IMG/VR virus record: IMGVR_UViG_3300006654_000661
Location: 2,206 to 66,205 of that record
Reading direction: 5' to 3' (one strand)
Origin: a virus
Lineage: Duplodnaviria; Caudoviricetes
DNA length: 64,000 bases
Part shown: in pieces, positions 9,635 to 20,400 of the stretch
Numbering within the stretch: the first letter of the stretch is position 1
Layout of the letters: each line of letters starts with the position of its first letter
The notes under the pieces: generated by a model
Seen by the model: the letters and a program-made list of their open reading frames with translations, nothing else
What the model was told of the DNA's origin: nothing
Database searches by the model: none
Position numbers and translations under genes: made by a program

Positions 9635-10927
9635 CTAAAGGTTAATTTGGTCTTGTGGTACGCCCATATCTACGAGGCGTTGAATTACAGCGTTGCGGTC
9701 TTTACCACTTTGAATGGCTGCGGCTGCTTGCTGAAGCACTTTAGAATATTGACCGGCACCTGGGTCTGGTTTAGGCGTGCCGCCTTGACCACCTTCAGGT
9801 GAGTTAAGGTAGCCGGTATACTCTTTAATGATGGCTTGTGTTGCTTGCGAGCGATCTTCTGGTTCATCCATAAACTGAGCCTCTTCCCAGCGAGGATCTT
9901 TTTGCGCCAGTTCAAGTGCCGTTTTCCGCATCGTTGCGCCACTAGGGTCTTTTTGTGAGAAGTATTTAGCTTCCACTAAGTCTTTTGCGGGTATGCCGGT
10001 CATTTGAGAAAGCATGGCCACGCTAGTTACTTCCGCTGGCACGTTGTTGCCTTTACCATTGTTCGGGCTTAGGTATCGATTTGCATTGCCTTGCATTTGC
10101 TCATAAACGCCTGATGATTTAAGGATGCTCGCGAGTTGCCCCATTGATGCGGCGGTGCCGTAAAGATCATCAGCGGTAAATACCTTGTCGGGGTCGTTCG
10201 GGTCAATGCCTCGCATTTCACTGATATAGGAATTGTAAAAGCCGTTGTCAGTAGTGACTCGAATAGGAACCTTGACGCTTCCGTCTTGTTGCTTGGCAAA
10301 GTCGATAATCGTAATATCTTTAATGGTGCCGCCATCACGCCCTTTCATCTTACCCGCGTTGCGATTTAACTTTGACTTAAATAGAACATTTGACTGGTCA
10401 ACAACGGTTTTAATGTCGTTCTTTTCCATTGCTTCGCTGATTTTAATTGCGGCGTCTGCGCCATGAACGCTTTGAAGTGGTTCAATGTTAGTGCCCTTAA
10501 ATACTGGATCTGTGACAAAGCCAGCCCAGTCTTTTGAAGCAGAATAAGCCTGGTACTTCTCAGCTGCATCTTTGTTGTTTTGACCTTTAACTTTATAGGC
10601 TTGATTGGTCTTTGCTGAACTCAGATTAAAATCATTAACTTTATTCTGTGTGCGTTGACCTTCTATGCCTAACTGCTGCCCTTCAACTTGTAGGCCGCGC
10701 ATCGTGTCTCGGTGTTGGGTTGATGCGGGTAAGTCATCTACTTGGTTTTGCAGTAACGTTCTGTTTAAACCTGCCGTTTCCATGTTAGCGCCGTGGCTTT
10801 CTTCAGCCATATTCATGCGGCGATTTTGCAAACCAAGTTGCTGTTGTTGGTACTTACGGCTGTCCTGCTGGTTGTAGTAATCATTCATCATGCCAAACCC
10901 TTGGCGAAACCCATCTACTAAGCTCAT
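9635..10927 (-). CDS. Putative internal virion (DNA ejection) protein
   Basis: 430 aa, Q/G-rich helical N-terminus, in the ejection gene block next to the giant protein. Confidence 0.6.
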   Translation of the reverse strand: MSLVDGFRQGFGMMNDYYNQQDSRKYQQQQLGLQNRRMNMAEESHGANMETAGLNRTLLQNQVDDLPASTQHRDTMRGLQVEGQQLGIEGQRTQNKVNDFNLSSAKTNQAYKVKGQNNKDAAEKYQAYSASKDWAGFVTDPVFKGTNIEPLQSVHGADAAIKISEAMEKNDIKTVVDQSNVLFKSKLNRNAGKMKGRDGGTIKDITIIDFAKQQDGSVKVPIRVTTDNGFYNSYISEMRGIDPNDPDKVFTADDLYGTAASMGQLASILKSSGVYEQMQGNANRYLSPNNGKGNNVPAEVTSVAMLSQMTGIPAKDLVEAKYFSQKDPSGATMRKTALELAQKDPRWEEAQFMDEPEDRSQATQAIIKEYTGYLNSPEGGQGGTPKPDPGAGQYSKVLQQAAAAIQSGKDRNAVIQRLVDMGVPQDQINL

Positions 10928-11217
10928 TAGAACAACTCCGATAAAAGTAAACCTGCGGCTAAGCCTATACCGCCCGTAGCGAGTGCTGATGCACCAATAG
11001 ACGCCGCACCAAGCCCCATGCTACTGGCCATGTTTGCACCAATCGCGGCACCGGCTGATGCGCCTGCGCCTGCATTCGCTTTCTTCTGACCTTTCTCAGC
11101 CTGCTTTATATTGTCGTTAGCAATGTTGCGCTGCGTTTCGCTTTGAGCGGTCTGGCTCATGCCTTGTAACGCTTGATTCTTTTTGCTGTAACCGGTGTCT
11201 ACTAATCCGTAACCCAT
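10927..11217 (-). CDS. Small ejection/pilot protein with glycine-zipper hydrophobic C-terminus
   Basis: 96 aa, GAGASAGAAIGA...GGIGLAAGLLL; translationally coupled to the next gene. Confidence 0.6.
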   Translation of the reverse strand: MGYGLVDTGYSKKNQALQGMSQTAQSETQRNIANDNIKQAEKGQKKANAGAGASAGAAIGANMASSMGLGAASIGASALATGGIGLAAGLLLSELF

Positions 11218-11219
11218 GA

Positions 11220-11696
11220 TTAACCCCCTACTTGATCTGAAACGAGGCCGCGAACCGAAGTGCCGCCCGTTACCATGTTTTGTTGCATATCAGCGTTAGC
11301 GACTCGCGTATTGTTTTTCGCGTGCGCGGCTGAAAGCGCTTTATCAATACTGGTTTGCTTAGTTGAATACGCCTTTTCATCTGCGTTCTGCTGCACCCCG
11401 TAACGCTGTGAAGCTAAAGCCCCTGCGCTAAATTGCGGGTTTGAATATGAGGAATTAACGTTAGTGGTGATGCGAGATAGCTGATCGTTGAGCAATTCAC
11501 GCGATTGCGCTAAATCCATCATTCGCGTTTCGTAAGGCTGGAAACGCTGCTCGTAATCTTCGTATTGCCCTCTGATGATTTGGGCATACGTTTTTGATGC
11601 GTATTCATCATCGTTAGGGCTTATGTAGCCCGATGAACTGCCAGCAACACCTTCAGCCAGTGTGTAGGCCCTATCAATAAAAGATGAATAAGCCAT
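11220..11696 (-). CDS. Putative internal virion protein
   Basis: 158 aa ORF in tightly packed block. Confidence 0.55.
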   Translation of the reverse strand: MAYSSFIDRAYTLAEGVAGSSSGYISPNDDEYASKTYAQIIRGQYEDYEQRFQPYETRMMDLAQSRELLNDQLSRITTNVNSSYSNPQFSAGALASQRYGVQQNADEKAYSTKQTSIDKALSAAHAKNNTRVANADMQQNMVTGGTSVRGLVSDQVGG

Positions 11697-12274
11697 TAGA
11701 TACCACCATCGTCACTGGTTTGCTGTAAGCCGTAACGGGTACCGGCACCAATTACCGCCCCGCCTAATTGCGCATTGTCTTGGCTATTGCCAATTGAGAT
11801 ACGCGCATCGTTATATGCCTTCTGTCCTGACATACTGGCTACATCACTTAAACCCTGCACTGACTCTGTGGATTGCCCTTGCCCCATGCGAACAATATTT
11901 TGTATACCGCCAACATATCTATTTTGCTGGCCTAATTGCGCTTGAGATATTGAATCAGCTTTAGCACTTGACTTGCTTCTATCAAGCTTGCTCATTTGTG
12001 ATTTGAATGCACCAGAATTAGGATTGATGCCAGCACCCACCATGGCGCGTGAAGTATCAGCCACCGCCGTAGAAAATTCACTTTCAACAGGAACCGCCGC
12101 TAACCCCGCGACTTGGTTGTATTGCTCCGATGTATTCATTCTATCTACATCGTCCATATACGCGTTTTCAAAAGGCCGATAGTTTTTTAAATAGTCTTGC
12201 CATTGCTTTTGTGAAACCTCAGCGAGCGCTTTTTGCTCTTCGGTTTCTTCAATATCATTATCGCCGCCGCCCAT
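11696..12274 (-). CDS. Putative internal virion protein
   Basis: 192 aa, MGGG start typical of podoviral ejection proteins. Confidence 0.55.
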   Translation of the reverse strand: MGGGDNDIEETEEQKALAEVSQKQWQDYLKNYRPFENAYMDDVDRMNTSEQYNQVAGLAAVPVESEFSTAVADTSRAMVGAGINPNSGAFKSQMSKLDRSKSSAKADSISQAQLGQQNRYVGGIQNIVRMGQGQSTESVQGLSDVASMSGQKAYNDARISIGNSQDNAQLGGAVIGAGTRYGLQQTSDDGGI

Positions 12275-12275
12275 A

Positions 12276-12656
12276 TTAATTAACCTCTATTTGGTAAACT
12301 GTGTAATCTTCACGCTGCCCTATGCGCTGGTAGCCGTATCGGGCGCCCAGCTTGGCAAAGCCTTTTCGTTTTGTTTCAAACCGTATAAATTTCATGCCTG
12401 ATGCTTTGGCCATGGAAAGCACAAGATGAAAGTATTCACCCACGCCTTTGGGGTTTTTGTGGATGCCCACCCACACCAACATGCCTACGCGATCATAATC
12501 ATCAATAATCGGGCGCAGTATGATAAGTGTGTTTTTGCGGTAAATAGGCGTAGCAATGTTTAGCTGTATTGCTTCTGTCACCTGGGAGAGTAATTTGGGT
12601 TCGTTGAAACGCTGGCCAAGCGCTTCAATATCGGGTATGAATTCTTCGGGCAGCAT
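12276..12656 (-). CDS. Hypothetical protein, possibly GNAT-like virion assembly protein
   Basis: 126 aa; C-terminal AKASGMKFIRFET...ARYGY resembles the acetyltransferase fold; usual position before ejection genes. Confidence 0.45.
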   Translation of the reverse strand: MLPEEFIPDIEALGQRFNEPKLLSQVTEAIQLNIATPIYRKNTLIILRPIIDDYDRVGMLVWVGIHKNPKGVGEYFHLVLSMAKASGMKFIRFETKRKGFAKLGARYGYQRIGQREDYTVYQIEVN

Positions 12657-12661
12657 AAACG

Positions 12662-12728
12662 AAAAAACCCCGCCATAAGCGAGGTCTAAGAGTTAAAAAC
12701 AAAAATGCCCCGCACTAAGCGAGGCATT
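12662..12728 (-). terminator. Two tandem intrinsic terminators
   Basis: Minus strand aatgcctcgcttagtgcggggcattttt and gacctcgcttatggcggggtttttt. Confidence 0.75.
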
Positions 12729-12732
12729 GGTA

Positions 12733-12771
12733 AGTATGGTTAAAATTACTGCAAAACTCGTTTTTTGTCAA
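12733..12771 (-). promoter_or_regulatory. Sigma70 late promoter copy 2 (pR'/qut-like)
   Basis: TTGACA-17bp-TAATTT; shares CGAGtTTTGCA and TAACCATACT with the promoter at 34935-34974. Confidence 0.65.
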
Positions 12772-12775
12772 TCGC

Positions 12776-12994
12776 TCACTTTTTGGTGAACTTCGCTTTA
12801 ACCCACTTGCTATGCTCTACAAGCTCACGCCCTTCATCGCCAATATCAATGCCCTGACTATCAAGGTGGCTGAACGTTTTAACGATGGCATCTAATTGAT
12901 CGCCTATTGGCATGTAGGCTTTTTTTCGTGGCGCACTGTGGCCAATGGAAATGTTAGCTTTCAACGTATAGTACCTTTGTTTCGTATAGCTCAT
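12776..12994 (-). CDS. Tail fibre assembly-associated small protein
   Basis: 72 aa, AYMPIGDQLDAI...VKAKF motif typical of tail fibre chaperone-like genes; true start may be slightly downstream. Confidence 0.55.
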   Translation of the reverse strand: MSYTKQRYYTLKANISIGHSAPRKKAYMPIGDQLDAIVKTFSHLDSQGIDIGDEGRELVEHSKWVKAKFTKK

Positions 12995-13328
12995 GCGCTA
13001 GGGTGAATGTAATTTCGATAGGCTGATCAAGTTCTAATTCAAACTCGCCCGTATCATCCATTACGAATTGCTCGTTTTCTGCTGTGATAATGGTGCCTTC
13101 AGGCACATTAGAAAGCGTAATATCGTTGCCGTTCCTTGACGTTTGCACCGAAAACTGATGCTTAGAAGTGATTTCACCATTAACAACAATCTGCGTTTTA
13201 GGGTTAGACACTTCCATTAATCTGCCTTCACCCGGCATTAGGTTGGGTAGCTTTGAAGAAGAGCAGGACGCGAAGCGCAATATCCTGCCCGTTGCTAAAT
13301 TGTATTCTGTGTAATTAACGTTTGGCAC
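12954..13328 (-). CDS. Tail-associated hypothetical protein
   Basis: 124 aa ORF directly after tail tip gene. Confidence 0.55.
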   Translation of the reverse strand: MPNVNYTEYNLATGRILRFASCSSSKLPNLMPGEGRLMEVSNPKTQIVVNGEITSKHQFSVQTSRNGNDITLSNVPEGTIITAENEQFVMDDTGEFELELDQPIEITFTLAHELYETKVLYVES

Positions 13329-15306
13329 TTTGCACCACCGTACTCATTGAAATGGTATGAGCCTCACCTGCGCTTACGCCGGTGACCTTTACCCTTACCG
13401 ACTCTTCAGATAGTTCAGGAATAAAAATAGTAACAGGCGTGAAAAAGGATATGCCGCCGTTTTCTGGCTGGCCGACTGTGACTGATTTAGACGCCAGAAC
13501 GGTTTGGTAAAAGTTAGATTCAAATACTTCAACCGTGAATGTAATTTGGTCGGCAGGGCTCCCGCCTGTTGTTCTAATCGCCTCAATAACCACATCAACA
13601 AGCAAGTTACCTTTTACCACTTCGCCATCGTGATAATGGGAAGCTGACCACATTTCTGCAGAGCCACCTTTAGCCACGTTAATGGGGTCTGTTTCTGAGT
13701 AGCTTTTAACGGTTACCGCGTTGTTCTTAATCTTTAACGTGTCAACGGTTAGGTTTTTAATAAATGTACCGTCTACACCATCAGCATCCATAATCAAGTT
13801 GTTATCGTTGTCGTACAACTCCATGCCACGCGCAATAACCTCGCCGGTATTGGTTAGTGCAAACTTGGCATTACCCAATGAACGTGAATCAGTATCGGTT
13901 TCAACGTTGTAATAAACGGCTTCGCCGTACCAGAATGCAAGAAAGTCATCGGGCTCAATTGCAAGTGAATGATTGCCGTTCACCATCCAAAGTGCGTTAC
14001 CTGTAATCTGAGCGCCCTTCAACTTCCATGCGGTTAATTCACCGTTCACAAGAACTTCATTTTCAAATACCGCAGAGAATTGCACCGCTAGTGTATTGAG
14101 GAACGCATCACCAATGACCGCATCTTTAATGACAACGCGCCCATCAGTTACGCCGAATATCGCTTCCCACTCACCATCAACCGGATTAAATACCGCAAAG
14201 TTATCCACGGACACCATGAATGAAGTCACGCCATTTACATCAACAAAGCCCACGCCATGCTGTAAATCGCCCACTTGAGACTGTACGCCCCACTGTTTTG
14301 TATACTCGCCATTCAAGTCAACGGTTACGCCAATTGTCGCGGCTATTGAGTAAGTTTCACCTTTATATTCAACATTATAGCTTTCTATCTCTTCCGCTAT
14401 CATGCCATCGTCACCGGCTAAAACCTGCGACATTTTGTTGATAAACGAACTTGATAAGTTGCCATCGCTACCAATGACAGATACTTGCAGCGCGTAAAGC
14501 TGCGCTATCCAACTGGTATAATTAGTTTCTGTGGTAACAACCTGCTCAAACAACCCTTTTGCCAGCGCTTCAATTTCTTCGCCATGCTCGTTAATTAATA
14601 TGGTTTTTTGTATGAAATCAAAATCGTCCATGACTTGATTCATGTTAGCTATCTTGCTATCAAACTCAGTTTGAAAGGCTTCTAGTGTCGCTAAGCTTTC
14701 CTCTTGAAATTCATCAATGACCGTATCAATGTCGGGCAACGTTTCCGCATAAACACCACTGGCGCCGTGAACGGGCCCAGGTAAGCCGCTTGTATTTACA
14801 AAACGAACCCAATAGTAATACCCTGTTTCGGGTAAAACGCTATCCATATACATCGAACCGGCTACCGTGGCCACCAATACGGCTTCGCCCTCTTCCCTTG
14901 GGTCGGTCATATCGCCTAGTGCATCAACGGTATTTCGCCATATTTCAGCATGCTCATGGCCTGCGTAGTTGGGAAAATCCCACTGCACCATGATAGTAGT
15001 GAACGCGGCTGATGCTCGTACATTAACCGGCTTTGTTGGTGTTTCTGCGCTTGGGTCAACAACGCCGCCACTACCTGCACCAGTACCGATAATGGTCGTG
15101 CCGCTAGTGCCGGTGAACTTCCCTTTACTATCTAAAATGCCGAACTCTTTTAAGTCACGCACCAGTACAGCGCGATCATTTTCGTTTTTCGTTTGGCCAG
15201 TCAGAATAGCGATGTTGCTTGAAAGGGAATTAATGTGGTTTTGTTGGTCGGGCTTGTCGAAACGTGGCTTACCGCCTACGCCTGAAAATGCTTTTTTACT
15301 AGCCAT
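13315..15306 (-). CDS. Tail tip/fibre protein (FN3-like plus DUF1983-like)
   Basis: YYYWVRFVN FN3-like segment; QWGVQ...SFMVSVDNFAV...GRVVIKDAVIGDA segment. Confidence 0.7.
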   Translation of the reverse strand: MASKKAFSGVGGKPRFDKPDQQNHINSLSSNIAILTGQTKNENDRAVLVRDLKEFGILDSKGKFTGTSGTTIIGTGAGSGGVVDPSAETPTKPVNVRASAAFTTIMVQWDFPNYAGHEHAEIWRNTVDALGDMTDPREEGEAVLVATVAGSMYMDSVLPETGYYYWVRFVNTSGLPGPVHGASGVYAETLPDIDTVIDEFQEESLATLEAFQTEFDSKIANMNQVMDDFDFIQKTILINEHGEEIEALAKGLFEQVVTTETNYTSWIAQLYALQVSVIGSDGNLSSSFINKMSQVLAGDDGMIAEEIESYNVEYKGETYSIAATIGVTVDLNGEYTKQWGVQSQVGDLQHGVGFVDVNGVTSFMVSVDNFAVFNPVDGEWEAIFGVTDGRVVIKDAVIGDAFLNTLAVQFSAVFENEVLVNGELTAWKLKGAQITGNALWMVNGNHSLAIEPDDFLAFWYGEAVYYNVETDTDSRSLGNAKFALTNTGEVIARGMELYDNDNNLIMDADGVDGTFIKNLTVDTLKIKNNAVTVKSYSETDPINVAKGGSAEMWSASHYHDGEVVKGNLLVDVVIEAIRTTGGSPADQITFTVEVFESNFYQTVLASKSVTVGQPENGGISFFTPVTIFIPELSEESVRVKVTGVSAGEAHTISMSTVVQSAKR

Positions 15307-16957
15307 TAAGCTCCCCAGGTGAACTCGCTAACGCTATGGTTTCAATTTCATCACTGCCCACTACATCAAAGTGAAGTCTGGCACCACGAAAAGCAGGTAA
15401 TCGAAATACTGGATCGGGGCCGGTAAGTGGCGCACTCATAATAGTTGCGCCATCGGCGTAAATGTTCACGGTGGTATTTGATAGATTTTCAGCAAAGACT
15501 TTCATGCAAGATAATGTGGTGCGGTTAATATCAAACTGCTTTGACGCCCACTCGTAATTTAATGCCGTTCCTTCATCAAACTTTGTCAGCACATCATCAA
15601 CTATTAAGTAAAGTGAACCGGACACCGGATCAAAGTAACCGGCTGATGCGTAGAAATCTAACTCAAAGAAATCACCACGGCGCAAATCAAAAACAAAGCC
15701 TGCACTCTCGCCATAAAAGCCCACGTAGTAATCGTGATAGCGATAGGCTTCAACGGTGCTAGGGTCAAACGATTGCCAATATTCCTTATCAATCAAATCG
15801 ATTGTGATAAGTTGTGCACCACTTTGCGAGATTGACACCAAACCATCATGGCTCGCATAAATCGCCGCCTCACCCATATCCACCATTGAGCGCTTTGAAG
15901 TACAAGGTAATGCCGCGTCAATAACTTGCATGGTAAAGCTATCAGGCAATGTACCTTGCATGATCACCGGCTTGTTATCAGTCGCAATCACGACTCCCGC
16001 ACTCATTTCAGCCATAGCAACAACGGTATCTTGTAGCGTTTGACGGTAGCCAAGTGGGTACGCGTAAGGCAAATAGGGTTCACTGGGTACTACGGTGTTA
16101 CCAACGAAACCAATAACCACGCCATTAGACGTAGCAATAAGGCCCGTTAAGTTCTCCGGTGGCTTGGTGTATTCTTCTGTCGCTAACTCTGCACCCAATT
16201 CATACACAGATTTAGTATCGATGTACTCGCTTGTGTTAACGGGTATTTCATCCACTAAAAACAACTCGGTAATGTCGCCAGAAGTCGCTGTTCGGTAAAT
16301 GCGTCTAAGGCTTATCTTCTGCGTACCGAAGCCGCCCGTATCTGAAAAAGTCAGCGTTACGCTATCATTCTCATGGAATATGGTTAATTCGCCTGAGATA
16401 TTGCTAGGGGCGCTTTCTTCGCCAAAGTCGGTAACGTAGGTGCAAACGTAAAAACGGGTTTCATCATCGTCCGTTTCCATGTTAATGAATCCGCTTTCTG
16501 TTTCGGTTTCATAGTCGCTTGCGCTTTCACCTGCAGCTAAGTCTGCTGATTGGTCGTAATAACTGACCGTTGCGTTAAAGGCATCCGGTGAGTCTAGGCC
16601 AATAGTGTTATTAGCAAACGGCTGTACGCCCGTACCAGTTGCAATGCTGCTGTTAGTATACTTGGGTACGCCATCGCCGGTGTAATAGGCTCTGTCGTAT
16701 TCATCCTCAGCAATAGGGCTATCTACCACATCAACATCCAAAGGCCAGCTAAACCAGTGCGTGCCCTGGTAAAGAAAAATAGTTTTTGCGTTATTCGCTA
16801 TTGTGGGGGCTGGCGATACGTTCACATTTCCTTTCAGTGGCGTAAGGTTTCCGTTCCTTACAATGCAGTTGGTTGCCTTTTGCGCCTGCTCATTGTTAAT
16901 GAGGCGAGGCGCATAAGCGTTATTTTGACCTTTAAATGCTGATACGGCTATTTTCAT
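15299..16957 (-). CDS. Tail tube/stabilization (nozzle) protein
   Basis: Start re-called at MKIAVSAFKG (16957, overlapping upstream stop); beta-rich; YVCTYVTDFGEESAPS motif. Confidence 0.7.
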   Translation of the reverse strand: MKIAVSAFKGQNNAYAPRLINNEQAQKATNCIVRNGNLTPLKGNVNVSPAPTIANNAKTIFLYQGTHWFSWPLDVDVVDSPIAEDEYDRAYYTGDGVPKYTNSSIATGTGVQPFANNTIGLDSPDAFNATVSYYDQSADLAAGESASDYETETESGFINMETDDDETRFYVCTYVTDFGEESAPSNISGELTIFHENDSVTLTFSDTGGFGTQKISLRRIYRTATSGDITELFLVDEIPVNTSEYIDTKSVYELGAELATEEYTKPPENLTGLIATSNGVVIGFVGNTVVPSEPYLPYAYPLGYRQTLQDTVVAMAEMSAGVVIATDNKPVIMQGTLPDSFTMQVIDAALPCTSKRSMVDMGEAAIYASHDGLVSISQSGAQLITIDLIDKEYWQSFDPSTVEAYRYHDYYVGFYGESAGFVFDLRRGDFFELDFYASAGYFDPVSGSLYLIVDDVLTKFDEGTALNYEWASKQFDINRTTLSCMKVFAENLSNTTVNIYADGATIMSAPLTGPDPVFRLPAFRGARLHFDVVGSDEIETIALASSPGELNG

Positions 16958-17400
16958 AATACGGGCTCTAGCACTGGCACAATGTAGACTTGACCACCAA
17001 AGACCGGTGGCAATTTGTAACCTGCGGCATTCCATACAACAAATTGATGGCGTAGCGAGCCCTTGTGCTTTTTGTCTAAAACATCGCTGCTTACATGGAT
17101 CATAAACTGCGAACCTAAAGCCGATATGCCTTCATTTAACTTTATTGAAGCAACGGTTTTCCCTCTGGTGGTCGCTATCCTGTACTCTGCATCAGAAAAA
17201 AGGCTTGGGTTTAAAACCAAGCCTTTTTCGTCTAATACTTCACACAATATGAAGTTATCGGAATACTGATAGAGTGATACGGGGTCGCGATAAATATCAT
17301 TGAATGTACCAATGTCACTTGATATTTCGATGTAATTAACGGTTTCATCAAATGCGTAGCTGCTCGCTACATTCCAGTTGCCTGATACATTCCAAGTCAT
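16954..17400 (-). CDS. Hypothetical virion protein
   Basis: 148 aa, coupled to both neighbours. Confidence 0.55.
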   Translation of the reverse strand: MTWNVSGNWNVASSYAFDETVNYIEISSDIGTFNDIYRDPVSLYQYSDNFILCEVLDEKGLVLNPSLFSDAEYRIATTRGKTVASIKLNEGISALGSQFMIHVSSDVLDKKHKGSLRHQFVVWNAAGYKLPPVFGGQVYIVPVLEPVL

Positions 17401-20400
17401 TATTTTGTTACCCCTTCAAAACTACCGCCAGTATTTGGGAAGTTATCACCTACCCATAACCCAACGATTTGAACACCAACTTCTAAATCAATATCTACGT
17501 CCATGACATCATCTGTAAACGTGGCATCGCCGTTGTAGATAACGGTAGATAAGTCGGATATTTCAAAAATCGACACCTCATACACACCGGAGCCTGAGCC
17601 TTTGATGGTAACCGATAAGTTTGAGCTTTCTACGGCTACCACTTCTGCGGCAACAGGAACGCTCACAGTATCAGTAGCAGTAAGTCCGTTGCTGTCTGTT
17701 ACTGTTAACTCATATGTTAGCGTTTGGGCTGCGTCAGAGTTGGGAGCAGCGCCGGTAGGGTTATTAATAAGCGGGTTAGATAACGCTACAACTGTGCCGG
17801 TCGAAATCTGAACCCACCTATAACTAACAATGGCTGCACCTGATTGGGTAGCAACACCTGAACCATTTAGCTGAAATTGAGCTCCAGCGGTAACGGTAGG
17901 TAAATCATTGCCAGCGTTAGCGGTTGGCGGGGTGTTTACTACTGGCTCGGCATTAGTTGTTATCGTTTGTATTGTGCTTGGCGCGGAATCACCTAGAGCA
18001 TTCGAAGCTCTTGTGTAAACAGTGTATTCAGTATCAGGCTGCAAACCTGTGAATGTGCCGTTATCCTGTTCTACACCGTCTAGGAAATACTTATACCCTG
18101 TAGCACCTGAAACATTACTCGCAGTAAGCGTTACTGTATCAGTAGTTTTGCTGGTAGTTAGTGTCGGCGCACTTGGAACCGCAATAGCATCGTTACTGTA
18201 AGCTTCTAGCGATAACCCGCCAAACGCATACGATCCCTCAGCTTCTTCTACACCAGCAAAATAACCCCGTGTGAAAACCTTCAACTCTTTAGTGAAGTCA
18301 AATCCGGTAATGTCGAACACATCACAAAGCGCTACGCCTTCTAGCGTCACGATCTTATTCAAGCTGGGTATTATCCGAATACCGACCATGTGCTTGCTGG
18401 ATTCATCTTCTGGGTAGCCACTTGCAGAGAATGAGTTACTTTGCCCGAAGTAGTTTGCCGTTACCCGATTGGTTTCATCCGTAGCACCTTCAATTGCAAT
18501 TTCCATCGGCTGTGCGGGCGAACCGGTTTCAGGGGCGGCAGGCCATTGGTATGCGATTTTAGCTGTGGTAGTGCCGAGGTCGTCAATTAAACCAAATTCG
18601 AGCGTTTGCAATTCAATGCCGTTTTTGCCAATCCTATCAAATTTAATATCGATAACATCGTAATCGGCCAGTGTGATAGTTGCGGTAGAAATTGCCGTGC
18701 TTGGCGTACCATCCATAGGTAATGGGATGGTTGTAAGCTTCCGATTTTGGATAGAACCGCTTGGGGCGGCATCAACAAAATACGGAGTATGGCTATACGT
18801 TAAGTTTGGCGCTGTTCCATTATCCGGTGTAGTGGTGCTTAATAGCTCGTTTCTCTCGGCTAGTGTGTGGAAAACTTCCCATGTATGCGGAACGTCCTCT
18901 ATTAAGTACGCACCAAGTGCGCGAGAACCATCTTCGGCAATAGCCGTGTAAAAGCTAAAAGTTTGACCATCGAAAGTTATTTCTCTTAATCCTGAACCGA
19001 CTTGACTGGCATCAAACTCGCCGCTTGCACCGCGAACTACGGTGGGTTCGATATATGACACAATATTAAAATTGTCATCAATTAAAAATTCGCAAATATC
19101 GCCCTCTGTGCTTGTTGTTCCACCAACCGCCAAGCGGTAGTGCCCTGTTGCACGATAGTAAGCCCCCTCTTTTCTAACTTGACCTAAGTTTGTTAAGTTC
19201 ACAACGCGGTTACTATCAAAGCCAGCGGCTTCGTTTAGTATTCCATATTGGGATGAAACAGTTGTTATTCTATAAAAGTTTTTACAGTCGTTAGAGCCAT
19301 ATATGGCGTTAGTGCCCCCTAGCGCACCAGTGCCACCGCCATGCAAGGCTTTAGCAATATATGTATAAGGAAAGCTTTCAATCGGGTTAACCTCGATAAT
19401 AGCGTAACCGTTATGCCCTTCACCTTCGATTTGATACGGGTCATACCAAAATGTACTAATGTTATTACCTGAGAAATCAACACCGTTTGTGCCGCCCGCA
19501 CGTTTAGTAGTTTGGCTACTTTTACCGCTAACACCTACGCTTGATAGGTTTACACCGAAGTTGTGCCAGTGTATGTAAACTGTGCCATCAACAACATTCA
19601 CGGTTGCTGTCTCTGTCTGCGTACCGTTCGAAGGTGATACAAATATAGGGTTGGTTTTAGTTGTGATGTGGTCGAACTCTGGTCGAGTTGCAACGTTCTG
19701 CCATTCCACTAATGCTGCTTGGTTAAATACCAACTTGCCGTTAACTAAGATTGTTAAGTTACCAAGGGCTTTTTCCCAAACTCGCAAATAAACACCACCA
19801 TCACCTGTGCTGTGGTCAGGTGTAGTGTAGAAAAGCATGGGGTATTGCTCATGCGGCCAGAACGGTATCTCTGAGCCAAGAACGGGCCACGGCCAGTATT
19901 CATACTCACTAGATGCCATTTGTGAGTGAGTGTAAGCGGCTACGCCAAGCTTTGTTGCTTGACGCTTAAAACCATCAATCATCACACTTTGAATGTCAGG
20001 TATTGGCTCTACTGGGTCAGGTTCGGGGTCTGGGTCTACTGGGTCAACTGCGGTTGCTTCGGTATCTTGAAACTCTACCGAGCGTAATTCATAGTCACCG
20101 GCACCACTGTAGATAACCGTTCCGTCTTGGGTTTCTAAATAATCATCGGTTGTAGAACCCCGTGATACCTCTGGAGCGTCCTTGTAATTTGCAAATATTT
20201 CATGGGCGTTGCCATTGGCCAGTATCCTAAATACTACAGGCCCACCATTCCAACTTATAGCACCTGAAATATCAGTATCGATGTACAGCGTAGAAGTTCC
20301 ACCAACCATTTTACCGGCACGAAAAACGCCAGTGGTGGCGCTGTATGAAACGAACCAGTGATTTGATGCGTCTACGTAACGGTATCTTATTTGTAGATAA

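Noticed and set aside
126-9802. Numerous 60-120 aa ORFs on both strands in the track
   Set aside because: Off-frame or antisense shadows of the giant minus-strand ORF and its neighbour; no recognisable motifs
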